Shown: one piece after another, positions 1 to 7,735 of the stretch | Layout of the letters: each line of letters starts with the position of its first letter | Numbering within the stretch: the first letter of the stretch is position 1 | Virus record (IMG/VR): IMGVR_UViG_3300002056_000074 | Source: a virus | DNA length: 64,000 nt | Direction: 5' to 3' (one strand) | The notes under the pieces: generated by a model | What the model was told of the DNA's origin: nothing | Seen by the model: the letters and a program-made list of their open reading frames with translations, nothing else | Databases searched by the model: none | Position numbers and translations under genes: made by a program

Positions 1-642
1 TTAACGTCTAAAAAGAAACAAACCATTACCAAAACTCTTTCCACTTCCAACGCCCAACATTTGCAAATCTTTCAAAGAATCACTATCACGAACTCGAATT
101 GTGCCTGTTACATCAACAATTGCTTTTTGTGACTTTCTACGCTTCCCCATTGATTGAACTCCCTTTCTATAAAAAACCACACTATCCAAAAGCTCAAATG
201 CTTCATTTCTTTCACCAACACCACCCAACCAGCGTGGAATGACTGTTTGGGCTGCATCATTAAATGATGTCCCCCGAGTAAACTCATCCGATACTATGGC
301 ATGTGTGACAACATCAGCCTTAGATCGCTTTCCATTTTTATCCCTTATTGTTGTTACTGGGTTTGCACGTAGAGAAAATGATAACAATTCCCCACTATTA
401 ACTGAAAGAGAGTATGGCTTTGTTTGAATGTTAAACATATTTCGAGTATCTGTTGGTTGTTCCTTAGAAAGAACCATAAAAACACCATTGTCTTCACGAA
501 ACAAAAAGTCTCTCTTCTTTTCTGTATCACCCAAAAACAATTGCCAAACAATGTTATGTTTGCCTCCTGCTGTCATCTCTAACAGTGAGAATTTTTCTGT
601 GTCTGAGATGTCATTACGTAGCTTGACCTTACTCAAGAACAT
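1..642 (-). CDS. cas6e: Type I-E CRISPR-associated endoribonuclease Cas6e (CasE/Cse3)
   Basis: N-terminal MFLSKV, HxxVWxLF, RDFLFR, FSLRANP, DVTGTIRVRD and C-terminal Gly loop GVGSGKSFGNGL are all Cas6e hallmarks. No other cas gene lies upstream in the window. Confidence 0.85.
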   Translation of the reverse strand: MFLSKVKLRNDISDTEKFSLLEMTAGGKHNIVWQLFLGDTEKKRDFLFREDNGVFMVLSKEQPTDTRNMFNIQTKPYSLSVNSGELLSFSLRANPVTTIRDKNGKRSKADVVTHAIVSDEFTRGTSFNDAAQTVIPRWLGGVGERNEAFELLDSVVFYRKGVQSMGKRRKSQKAIVDVTGTIRVRDSDSLKDLQMLGVGSGKSFGNGLFLFRR

Positions 643-675
643 GATATTTCTTCCTTTGATTTTAATAGAAGGGAT

Positions 676-718
676 AGTATAATAGTAATTTAGATTAATG
701 AATGTGAACTAGGCCAAG
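676..718 (-). promoter_or_regulatory. cas6e promoter: -10 TATACT with CRP-like half-site at class II spacing
   Basis: TATACT (681-676) lies 21 nt downstream of TCACA (707-703). The distal half-site is poor. Confidence 0.5.
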
Positions 719-729
719 ATTTTTTGATA

Positions 730-1605
730 TTACTTCAAAAAATCATCAATCACACTCAAAACAGAAGAATTTTCAACCAAACACTTTGTCTTCCCACCAA
801 AACGCTTCATCGGTTTATACGAATAATCACATACTTGTTCAACCAATTGTTGTTCCAATGTAAAAGCATCAAACATATTCATATGAACTTCACGAACAAC
901 ATCAACAGTATACCCAACTCTGCGAATTTCGACAGATCGCTTATCAATAGAATTTGTTGTGATTCCATAATTCAAAAATGATTCTTTCTCATTGGAGAGT
1001 CGAATAACATACAACCGACCTTCCCAATCTCTTCGATCACGGTTAACATCGAATGCCTTTTCTGAATAGGCACCAAATGTATTGCCCTGATATTGATCAC
1101 AAGCTGGGCAGGCACCACCACGCAAATGCTTATTGGGAGTTTGCTCAAATTTTCCATGTTCAGAACATGAAATGGTTACTGGTGTGTAATAATTCTTATA
1201 CTCAACATCTGAATAATCATAGGTGTGACCGTGGCGACTTTTTGCCTTTATAATAAATTCTTTGGTATTTGAAAGATTATTTTTTGCTTTTTTCTCATCA
1301 CTACATCGGCTACACCCATGTCCCAACAAATGGCTATCAGGACGTTGCTCAAATTGTCCATGTTTAGGACAGGATAGTTTTACATATGTGCGACTTGTCA
1401 CGTACTCAACTTCAGAATAATCAAAATGATCACCATGAATCAATTTGCTATTGTGGATGAATACAGCTTGTTTATCTGTGCAGGGACAATTTGAAAAATC
1501 GATCCAACGTCCAGAATATTCAGTTGCGTTTGTATCCATCCCCGCGAACCATTTAATTGAGTTCATGCGCAGGGTTTGGATTTCGTCTCTAGTTTTAGTT
1601 TTCAT
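730..1605 (-). CDS. Putative homing endonuclease: DUF723-like Zn repeats plus GIY-YIG-like C-terminus
   Basis: Two YDYS..Y...CPxHGxFxQxPxxHLxGxxCxxC repeats; C-terminal GRLYVIRL...LNYGIT...KR. Confidence 0.65.
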   Translation of the reverse strand: MKTKTRDEIQTLRMNSIKWFAGMDTNATEYSGRWIDFSNCPCTDKQAVFIHNSKLIHGDHFDYSEVEYVTSRTYVKLSCPKHGQFEQRPDSHLLGHGCSRCSDEKKAKNNLSNTKEFIIKAKSRHGHTYDYSDVEYKNYYTPVTISCSEHGKFEQTPNKHLRGGACPACDQYQGNTFGAYSEKAFDVNRDRRDWEGRLYVIRLSNEKESFLNYGITTNSIDKRSVEIRRVGYTVDVVREVHMNMFDAFTLEQQLVEQVCDYSYKPMKRFGGKTKCLVENSSVLSVIDDFLK

Positions 1606-1611
1606 GGAATC

Positions 1612-1654
1612 AGTATAATTAATTTTCAGTATACTGTTAGTGATTTAGTTCACA
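1612..1654 (-). promoter_or_regulatory. Class II CRP-like promoter, probably leaderless
   Basis: AAATGTGAACTAAATCACT (core 1654-1639), 21 nt, then TATACT (1617-1612). Predicted +1 is 1605, the A of the ATG. Confidence 0.6.
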
Positions 1655-1663
1655 TTTATTCAA

Positions 1664-2470
1664 TTAGAGATCAGATAGCTGTACATGCATCCAGTCAAAG
1701 TTACGCTTTCTACCGAGTGACGTAGCACCAACATTTTCCCATGCTTTCCAGAAATCATTATATTCTGGTCGGGCAAGTGATGCCCTAGATGAATCCCATC
1801 GGAGCGAATTTTCTTGCGGTATCCAGTCACAGGAAATTCCAAATGCGTGTGTTGATAGTTTGCTGCCTGATCGCATACGGCGATAATTAAAACAGCCTCC
1901 CCAATAATCTAATTTTAACTCTTCAATACCATCTTTGCCATAAACAGATAAAATTTCTTCCATCGCTTCTCGAAATGGTTCGACAGCTAATTCATGACAG
2001 GTAAATCGTGTTATTGTCGTATCCAAATCCCATGCCAATTTTAGTTTATACGGAGAAGTTACTTTTGATTGTCGTGTTCCGGGTTCACCAAATACAGATT
2101 TGATGTCTCTATATCTAGGCCAACTATATTTTGGTTCTGTGGTTTGCTCATCTCGCCAATTAGAAACACTCCCCTTCGTTCGTAACTCAACCAATGATTC
2201 ATAGGCATACTCCGTATTTGGTCCCCAGAAGCCATCTATAACGATATCGTCTAATTGTGACTCTACCACTGTCAAATACTGCAAAAATCCTACGATACGG
2301 CGTGCGAGAGGCCATGTAGACGGTACTGCGCTAACCAGATTCAGGGCATCTGCTGTATTTCGGCCCATCATCCCATCTACTCGCAAATTACGATTGTATA
2401 AGCGATTCAATTCACTCTGAACAAATTTAATCAGTTGACTTCGTGTTGGTCTTCCCATTTTCACCACCAT
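1664..2470 (-). CDS. Endolysin/peptidoglycan hydrolase: PG-binding repeats plus M15-family peptidase
   Basis: Two DG..GxNT PG-binding motifs; FNYRRMR...LSTHAFGISCD and DWMHVQ Zn-peptidase motifs. Start may be the ATG at 2458 (SD GGTGGTG). Confidence 0.8.
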   Translation of the reverse strand: MVVKMGRPTRSQLIKFVQSELNRLYNRNLRVDGMMGRNTADALNLVSAVPSTWPLARRIVGFLQYLTVVESQLDDIVIDGFWGPNTEYAYESLVELRTKGSVSNWRDEQTTEPKYSWPRYRDIKSVFGEPGTRQSKVTSPYKLKLAWDLDTTITRFTCHELAVEPFREAMEEILSVYGKDGIEELKLDYWGGCFNYRRMRSGSKLSTHAFGISCDWIPQENSLRWDSSRASLARPEYNDFWKAWENVGATSLGRKRNFDWMHVQLSDL

Positions 2471-2495
2471 AAATATAAGAGTCTTATCTGTACTT

Positions 2496-2765
2496 ATGGA
2501 ATTACTTCAATTTATGAGCCAAAAAACAATCCAAACAAAATTGAATTATGTGGATCACACTCCTGATATTAAAAAGAGTATGCTTGGTAGAAAAATATCA
2601 ATTTATCGTCCGGGAATCGATCCAGAGACAGGATTGGCAAATTCAATCACACATAAACTACAAATTATCGATGTCAGGGAAAATGTAGTTAAATGCAACA
2701 CAAAGGATGGTGATGTCGTCTATCTAGACATAGATGAAGTATATCTTGCACTAAAAGGTTCCTAA
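2496..2765 (+). CDS. Hypothetical protein
   Basis: 89-aa ORF with ATAAATA at 2469-2475 upstream. Confidence 0.55.
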   Translation: MELLQFMSQKTIQTKLNYVDHTPDIKKSMLGRKISIYRPGIDPETGLANSITHKLQIIDVRENVVKCNTKDGDVVYLDIDEVYLALKGS

Positions 2766-2822
2766 TCCTAGAGATATGTGTTACTATTGGTCGGTAACAA
2801 AAAAATAACCAAGGATAATAAA

Positions 2823-3137
2823 ATGAAAACATTATTTGCAGCACTGCTATTGACAATATCATCAATTAGCATAGCCAATGGCGCTACTATTAACGGTCGG
2901 GAAGTTGAAGTTCCTAAAGATTCCACATTAGAATCTGAATGTACTGAATTTTCGTGCATCCTATCTAAAAATGGCATTAATTTTATGTCCAGCAATGGTT
3001 TTGAATACGTTATTATTAATGATGGTGAAGCTACCAAGATCTGTGATTTGGCATGGAATAACGGAATGCAAGGTCTTATTTCAACCACTAAATATGTTAA
3101 TGGAGCCGCGTTTACGACTCGTTGTGATTTGCGTTAA
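2823..3137 (+). CDS. Exported hypothetical protein
   Basis: SD AAGGA, then MKTLFAALLLTISSISIANGA signal peptide; four Cys. Confidence 0.6.
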   Translation: MKTLFAALLLTISSISIANGATINGREVEVPKDSTLESECTEFSCILSKNGINFMSSNGFEYVIINDGEATKICDLAWNNGMQGLISTTKYVNGAAFTTRCDLR

Positions 3138-3148
3138 TTTGAAATAAT

Positions 3149-4060
3149 ATGAAGCATGAAGCAATAAAAAAAATATTTGAAAATAAAAAAGAATCTTCCC
3201 CGAAAAGGAAGAAGATGAGTGGCCGACCCAGAAAGAATAACGGCAAAAAACCAATGCCCTATAATGGTATTGGTGCGGGGAAATTTCTAGTCTATGAGCA
3301 GGCTAAATTGTTTTGTCATGCAGCGGAAATTATCACAACAAATTCTGAGTATAAGGAATGGGTCAGGATAAAAAAATATAAATTCTTGCCATTAACCCCC
3401 AATATAACTTATGGTGATAAGTGGGAAGGTTGGGGAGAATATTTGGGTACTGGTACACTACCACCCCAAGAAAGGAAAGATTACAAGAATTATCTCGATG
3501 CGAAATTTTTTGCTCAGAAAATGGCAAAGAAGTATGATATAAACAGTCAGAAAGACTGGCTCAACTTCTTAGATGATCAGGCTCTGTTGCCCATGAACGA
3601 ACGAGACACAACAACTGATGTCTATCGCAACCCAAATTATTACTATGATGAGTGGGAGGGTTGGGATGCGTTCTTGGGCAAGACCATGAAACATACGGTT
3701 GATGCACTCCAACAGAAAGAGAGAATTGAGCAGGAAGTACAGGAAGATTTTTTCTCTCAATATGATAATAAACCATTACTCACGGTATTAGCAAATGTTG
3801 ATTCTGCAAATAAATCTCTCATCCAAGTTATCATCAACAGTGACGGTCTATTGAATATGTTGATGGTGTGCGATAAGTGTGTCGGTGATATTGCAGGGAT
3901 TTTCCACTATAACAACAATCTGAATGATGATATTCTCCATATCTTAACTTCCAAAGGACTTGATCGGGGGAATAGGGTGTTTATGGTAGAAGACATCAAT
4001 TTTGTCATAACTGAATTGGATACTCTTCTAGGGCAGGTGCCTAAAAAACACTACGAATAA
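3149..4060 (+). CDS. Protein with integrase-repeat-like units (PxxxY..WxGWxxFLG)
   Basis: PNITYGDKWEGWGEYLG and NPNYYYDEWEGWDAFLG; basic N-terminus. No recombinase catalytic motif recognised. Confidence 0.55.
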   Translation: MKHEAIKKIFENKKESSPKRKKMSGRPRKNNGKKPMPYNGIGAGKFLVYEQAKLFCHAAEIITTNSEYKEWVRIKKYKFLPLTPNITYGDKWEGWGEYLGTGTLPPQERKDYKNYLDAKFFAQKMAKKYDINSQKDWLNFLDDQALLPMNERDTTTDVYRNPNYYYDEWEGWDAFLGKTMKHTVDALQQKERIEQEVQEDFFSQYDNKPLLTVLANVDSANKSLIQVIINSDGLLNMLMVCDKCVGDIAGIFHYNNNLNDDILHILTSKGLDRGNRVFMVEDINFVITELDTLLGQVPKKHYE

Positions 4061-4422
4061 TTACTATTTTTCATATCATTAATACAAGAACGAAGTTCTA
4101 CTGGAATTTCATCTTTAACCGTAGTGACGACAAAATCATTCATTAGTGTAATAAATCTAAGACTTATATTAGATAACACTCGATCATGATATCGCCTAGA
4201 GAATAAATCAACGATTTTATCTACCTTCTTTCTACTGGTAAAAATGTGAGCTTGGGTGATGTCGTCAACAAATTCTATATTTTCTGAAAAATTCAGATTT
4301 GGAAGCCATTTTCTCTTGTATTTAAAATAGTCGCCCAATAATTCTTCAGTCTCATGACCATTCTCTGCAGCATGATCGTTGACACTTCTAGCAACACTAT
4401 CGATTCTTTTTATGATAAACAT
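4051..4422 (-). CDS. Hypothetical protein
   Basis: 123-aa ORF filling the gap. Confidence 0.55.
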   Translation of the reverse strand: MFIIKRIDSVARSVNDHAAENGHETEELLGDYFKYKRKWLPNLNFSENIEFVDDITQAHIFTSRKKVDKIVDLFSRRYHDRVLSNISLRFITLMNDFVVTTVKDEIPVELRSCINDMKNSNYS

Positions 4423-4507
4423 ACTATTATATTATTCGGTTTTAAATTAGTGTAACACAACATTATTACAGTTTCAACACTTGAAATCATAATAAATTTT
4501 GTCAAAA

Positions 4508-4819
4508 ATGTCCTATTTTTATGATAAAAGATTAAATCGTATAAAATTTTGGCCTTTGGAGCATAGATACTTATATGAAGAAATTTTTGGAGCGGTAGTA
4601 ATGTACTTTTTACTTTTTGACGATAGAACCAAGCAATATTACCATGAATTTGATGGTTGGGTAGATCATATTGTGTTGGCATCATTTTTTAATTATCTCA
4701 GTCAAGCTGAGGAAGTTATAATTAAGAAAAATGTTGGGCACCTTATTATATTGACAGAAGTTGAAGATCACTCTAAAATTGATATCCGTAAAATAGTAAA
4801 AAATTTGAAGGAACTATAA
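4508..4819 (+). CDS. Hypothetical protein
   Basis: ORF coupled to the next gene by a TAATG overlap. Confidence 0.55.
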   Translation: MSYFYDKRLNRIKFWPLEHRYLYEEIFGAVVMYFLLFDDRTKQYYHEFDGWVDHIVLASFFNYLSQAEEVIIKKNVGHLIILTEVEDHSKIDIRKIVKNLKEL

Positions 4820-5205
4820 TGCAGGAATTCTCGTTTACTAAAGAAGATTTTACTCTAGAATGGTTTTCGGGAACCGGACCCGGTGGACAAAATCGGAATA
4901 AAAAAATGGCTTGTTGTAGAATAACACACAAACAAACTGGTCTTAAATCACAATCAACCAAACATCGAAATCGTGTTGCGAATCAAAAGGATGCCTTTGA
5001 GCAACTGGCTCAATTGATTATAGAGCATTATCGTGCCCTAGATCGCGTAGAGCGCGACATAAATACTAATACGATCAGGACGTATCATGTGGAAAGAAAT
5101 GAGGTTAGAGATCATTTAAGTGGTGTTAGGCGTCCATTTGATGTTATCGAAGATAATTTAGATATTATGATAAAATCTAGAAAACTAGCAACCAACGATG
5201 GATAA
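4819..5205 (+). CDS. Truncated class I peptide chain release factor-like protein (GGQ peptidyl-tRNA hydrolase domain)
   Basis: SGTGPGGQNRNK, RITHKQTG, NQKDAF and IRTY..ERNEVRDH; only 128 aa, with no PxT/SPF codon-reading region. Confidence 0.85.
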   Translation: MQEFSFTKEDFTLEWFSGTGPGGQNRNKKMACCRITHKQTGLKSQSTKHRNRVANQKDAFEQLAQLIIEHYRALDRVERDINTNTIRTYHVERNEVRDHLSGVRRPFDVIEDNLDIMIKSRKLATNDG

Positions 5206-5219
5206 TTTGGAGAAACGGT

Positions 5220-5549
5220 ATGAAATGTGAAAAAACCAAAGACGATTCATTGAAGAATTTTCTAGTATCATCCGATGGAGATTTTCTATTAAATCAAGTT
5301 ACCACGAAACATATCCTAGCTTATAATGTTTATTACTTAGATTTGAATAAAAAAATAGGTACGATATCTTTCATTGATCGAGATCCTACTATTGAATGTA
5401 TATTTTCTAGTGTTGATCTTGATGATGATCTGATTTTATCGAATGATAATTTCATATCCGAAGATGGGAAAGTTAAATTGGTCTGGGGTAGTGGGGTTAA
5501 TTTTATGGTGAGGGAGATTCAGAAAAGGTTAAAATTGAAAAAAGGGTAA
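5220..5549 (+). CDS. Hypothetical protein
   Basis: 109-aa ORF with GGAG SD. Confidence 0.6.
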   Translation: MKCEKTKDDSLKNFLVSSDGDFLLNQVTTKHILAYNVYYLDLNKKIGTISFIDRDPTIECIFSSVDLDDDLILSNDNFISEDGKVKLVWGSGVNFMVREIQKRLKLKKG

Positions 5550-5591
5550 TAACCATTTTAATAAATTATACAATATAGAAAGTTTCAAAAT

Positions 5592-5634
5592 TGTGAATTA
5601 GTTCAATTTATTGATCATCTAAAATATGTATGGT
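5592..5634 (+). promoter_or_regulatory. Class II CRP-like promoter
   Basis: TGTGA-ATTAGT-TCAAT (5592-5607), 21 nt, then TATGGT (5629-5634). Confidence 0.5.
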
Positions 5635-5655
5635 AATTAATCACAAAAAACAACA

Positions 5656-6267
5656 ATGATAATTATCATGACAAGCAAAAAAATAGAATATTTCACAAAA
5701 ACACAATTAAAAGAGCGAGGATGGACTGAGGGGAGTATTAAAAAATTCATGCCAAGCCCCTCTGTTACAAAAACAAATCCCAGATTTAGTGGTGGACATC
5801 CGATGAAATTGTATTGTGTGGAACAAGTTAATAATATAGAACTCTCTACATCATTTCAGCAATGGTATCAAAAAACGATAGTTAGTAGACGGAAAAAATC
5901 AAACGCAGCGACTAAAACAGTAAAAAATAAGAAAGATACTATCATCAGAGAGTTTAATTCGATCAACATCACTCTTAAAAAAATTTCATACGAAGAGGTG
6001 ATAAGGCGTGCAAAAAATAACTACTGTGAGTATAACAACATTCCCAATTCTTATTTGAATGAAGCAGATGATAATTTCATCCATAGAATTTCTGTAAATT
6101 GGCTCCGACACTCTGTTTCCAATTACGATTATAATGTTGGAAATTTATCTGGCCGTATTGGTAAACAAGAGGCGTATGCTATAATAAAAAATAGAATTTT
6201 AGATTTGATTGCAGAAAAATATCCAATATTGGAGAATGAGGCTCTCCGTCAGAAAAAGTGTGTTTAG
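5656..6267 (+). CDS. Hypothetical basic protein
   Basis: 203-aa Lys-rich ORF; LKERGWT..IKKF N-terminus. Confidence 0.65.
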   Translation: MIIIMTSKKIEYFTKTQLKERGWTEGSIKKFMPSPSVTKTNPRFSGGHPMKLYCVEQVNNIELSTSFQQWYQKTIVSRRKKSNAATKTVKNKKDTIIREFNSINITLKKISYEEVIRRAKNNYCEYNNIPNSYLNEADDNFIHRISVNWLRHSVSNYDYNVGNLSGRIGKQEAYAIIKNRILDLIAEKYPILENEALRQKKCV

Positions 6268-6500
6268 AGTAAATTTTTCTCTTCAAGAACTTCAAACACA
6301 TTTTTTAATGTATCCGACATTAACTCATCTGTTAAATTTTCAGGATCAACCACTAAAATAATTGGCGTCCCCCGAGTGGGTATTGTAAAAAATGCATGTT
6401 TATCAGTCTTATTTCTGTGGAATGCGTTATTACAAAGATATGCCGTTTTACCAGAGGGTGATGTCATTGTTATTGGTGCAGACATGATGATATCATTCAT
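6264..6500 (-). CDS. Hypothetical protein
   Basis: Small ORF with ATGA-type overlap with the upstream gene. Confidence 0.55.
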   Translation of the reverse strand: MNDIIMSAPITMTSPSGKTAYLCNNAFHRNKTDKHAFFTIPTRGTPIILVVDPENLTDELMSDTLKNVFEVLEEKNLL

Positions 6501-6712
6501 AATGTTTTTAGTCGGTTAATCACCCTTTTTACTGACTCAATTTTAGCTAACTGATCCTCATACATAATATAATTTCTAGATAACTGATCTGATAAATCGA
6601 CTCTGACTACATAGGTATTTTCGGAGTAGTTCATGATTGCGTGCAACGAAACGATTTCACCAATTACATTACTCGAATTTATTCTAACTGTAGATCCCAC
6701 GTTAAATTTCAT
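6497..6712 (-). CDS. Small SH3/KOW-like hypothetical protein
   Basis: MKFNVGSTVRI...GEIV...YVVRV pattern. Confidence 0.5.
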   Translation of the reverse strand: MKFNVGSTVRINSSNVIGEIVSLHAIMNYSENTYVVRVDLSDQLSRNYIMYEDQLAKIESVKRVINRLKTL

Positions 6713-6715
6713 ATA

Positions 6716-6952
6716 TTATACAACTCTCCATATGTGAGTGATTTGATTGTTTGAAATTTTGAAATAACCAGACTTATTTTTTACTGCCACAGTATACATG
6801 GGATTGCGTCCATTTTGCTCAACTTCCTTTACTACCCCAGAATATTTAGCCCTATAGTAACCACCACATGGGGTTCCATTATCATCTGTTGCAACACGCA
6901 TAATCGTAAAATTGATTCTATGGCCGGGGGCAATAATAGTATTTTTTATCAT
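6716..6952 (-). CDS. Hypothetical protein, late and probably leaderless
   Basis: ATAAATA (6964-6958) lies 5 nt before the ATG. Confidence 0.55.
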   Translation of the reverse strand: MIKNTIIAPGHRINFTIMRVATDDNGTPCGGYYRAKYSGVVKEVEQNGRNPMYTVAVKNKSGYFKISNNQITHIWRVV

Positions 6953-6960
6953 AATACTAT

Positions 6961-7192
6961 TTATGATTTTTTAATAGCCTTCAATCTTTGAATGGATGGA
7001 TCAAAATCATTTATTTTGTAAGTGTCGTTTGGTTGCAATTCAAGAATTTCATTAGGATATTGATTATAGATATATGTAATTCCCGTGGGAATATGGAAAA
7101 ATACATCACCATTATCAAATTTAGAAAGATCAATATCATCTAACTCGTGGTAGACATTAGTTACTTTTATTTTGGGGGGTAATAATTGGCAT
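6961..7192 (-). pseudogene. Unannotated ~76-aa gene interrupted by a +1 frameshift at a C6 run
   Basis: ATG at 7192 (TAATG coupling) stops after 11 codons. Removing one C at 7174-7179 gives MPIITPKIKVTNVYHELDD...AIKKS*, ending at 6961. Confidence 0.55.
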
Positions 7193-7389
7193 TATGTTTT
7201 TATACTACTAATAGTTTTAGAACGACTTACAAAGCCCTTAATATCTTCATAATCTTCCAATCTCAACATTGGAAAAATTGTGACTAAATTGTTATTTACT
7301 GTCTCCCACTCTCCATCAACTGGGGTGTAAGAAACCAAATTTCCGGGTTCATCCTGAACAAAAATCAAATCACCACTCAAGTCATTCAT
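7192..7389 (-). CDS. Hypothetical protein
   Basis: Likely start MNDLSGD at 7389, overlapping the stop of the upstream gene; the ORF track extends it to 7503. Confidence 0.5.
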   Translation of the reverse strand: MNDLSGDLIFVQDEPGNLVSYTPVDGEWETVNNNLVTIFPMLRLEDYEDIKGFVSRSKTISSIKT

Positions 7390-7726
7390 CTTCAGAACCC
7401 CGACCAAGATTGTGTTGGTAGACTTTGAATTTCCTGTCAGTTTTATATTCCCCAATCCTTTGGACCGTATATTGATAAACAAAGAATAAGTGTGTATGGA
7501 CATTTAATACAACCACTCTACTATCTTCATCCTCTTTATTATTAATAATATTATTTCGTATTCGTAAATCATCCCACTCTAAAATATCACCAATTGCATA
7601 CTTCGGCTTGCTTAAATCTAGACCCTCCCTCTTTCTCACCCTCATCATAATATTTAATGTAAAAATAAACATTATTATAATAATCAGTGCAAAAACAAGA
7701 GGAAGAATCCAGATTAGGTTATTCAT
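7382..7726 (-). CDS. Membrane-anchored hypothetical protein
   Basis: N-terminal hydrophobic helix followed by basic residues. Confidence 0.6.
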   Translation of the reverse strand: MNNLIWILPLVFALIIIIMFIFTLNIMMRVRKREGLDLSKPKYAIGDILEWDDLRIRNNIINNKEDEDSRVVVLNVHTHLFFVYQYTVQRIGEYKTDRKFKVYQHNLGRGSEDE

Positions 7727-7735
7727 TACATATTC

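Noticed and set aside
1537-1545. GCGGGGATG (minus strand), resembling the 3' half of a type I-E repeat
   Set aside because: It lies inside a CDS and has no complementary CCCCGC arm.
3123-3138. CRP-like TGTGA-N6-TTAAT
   Set aside because: It overlaps a gene end and has no -10 at the 21-nt spacing.
3149-4060. Integrase/prophage interpretation
   Set aside because: Only repeat units are present, with no tyrosine or serine recombinase catalytic motifs. Gene content is that of a lytic T4-related phage.
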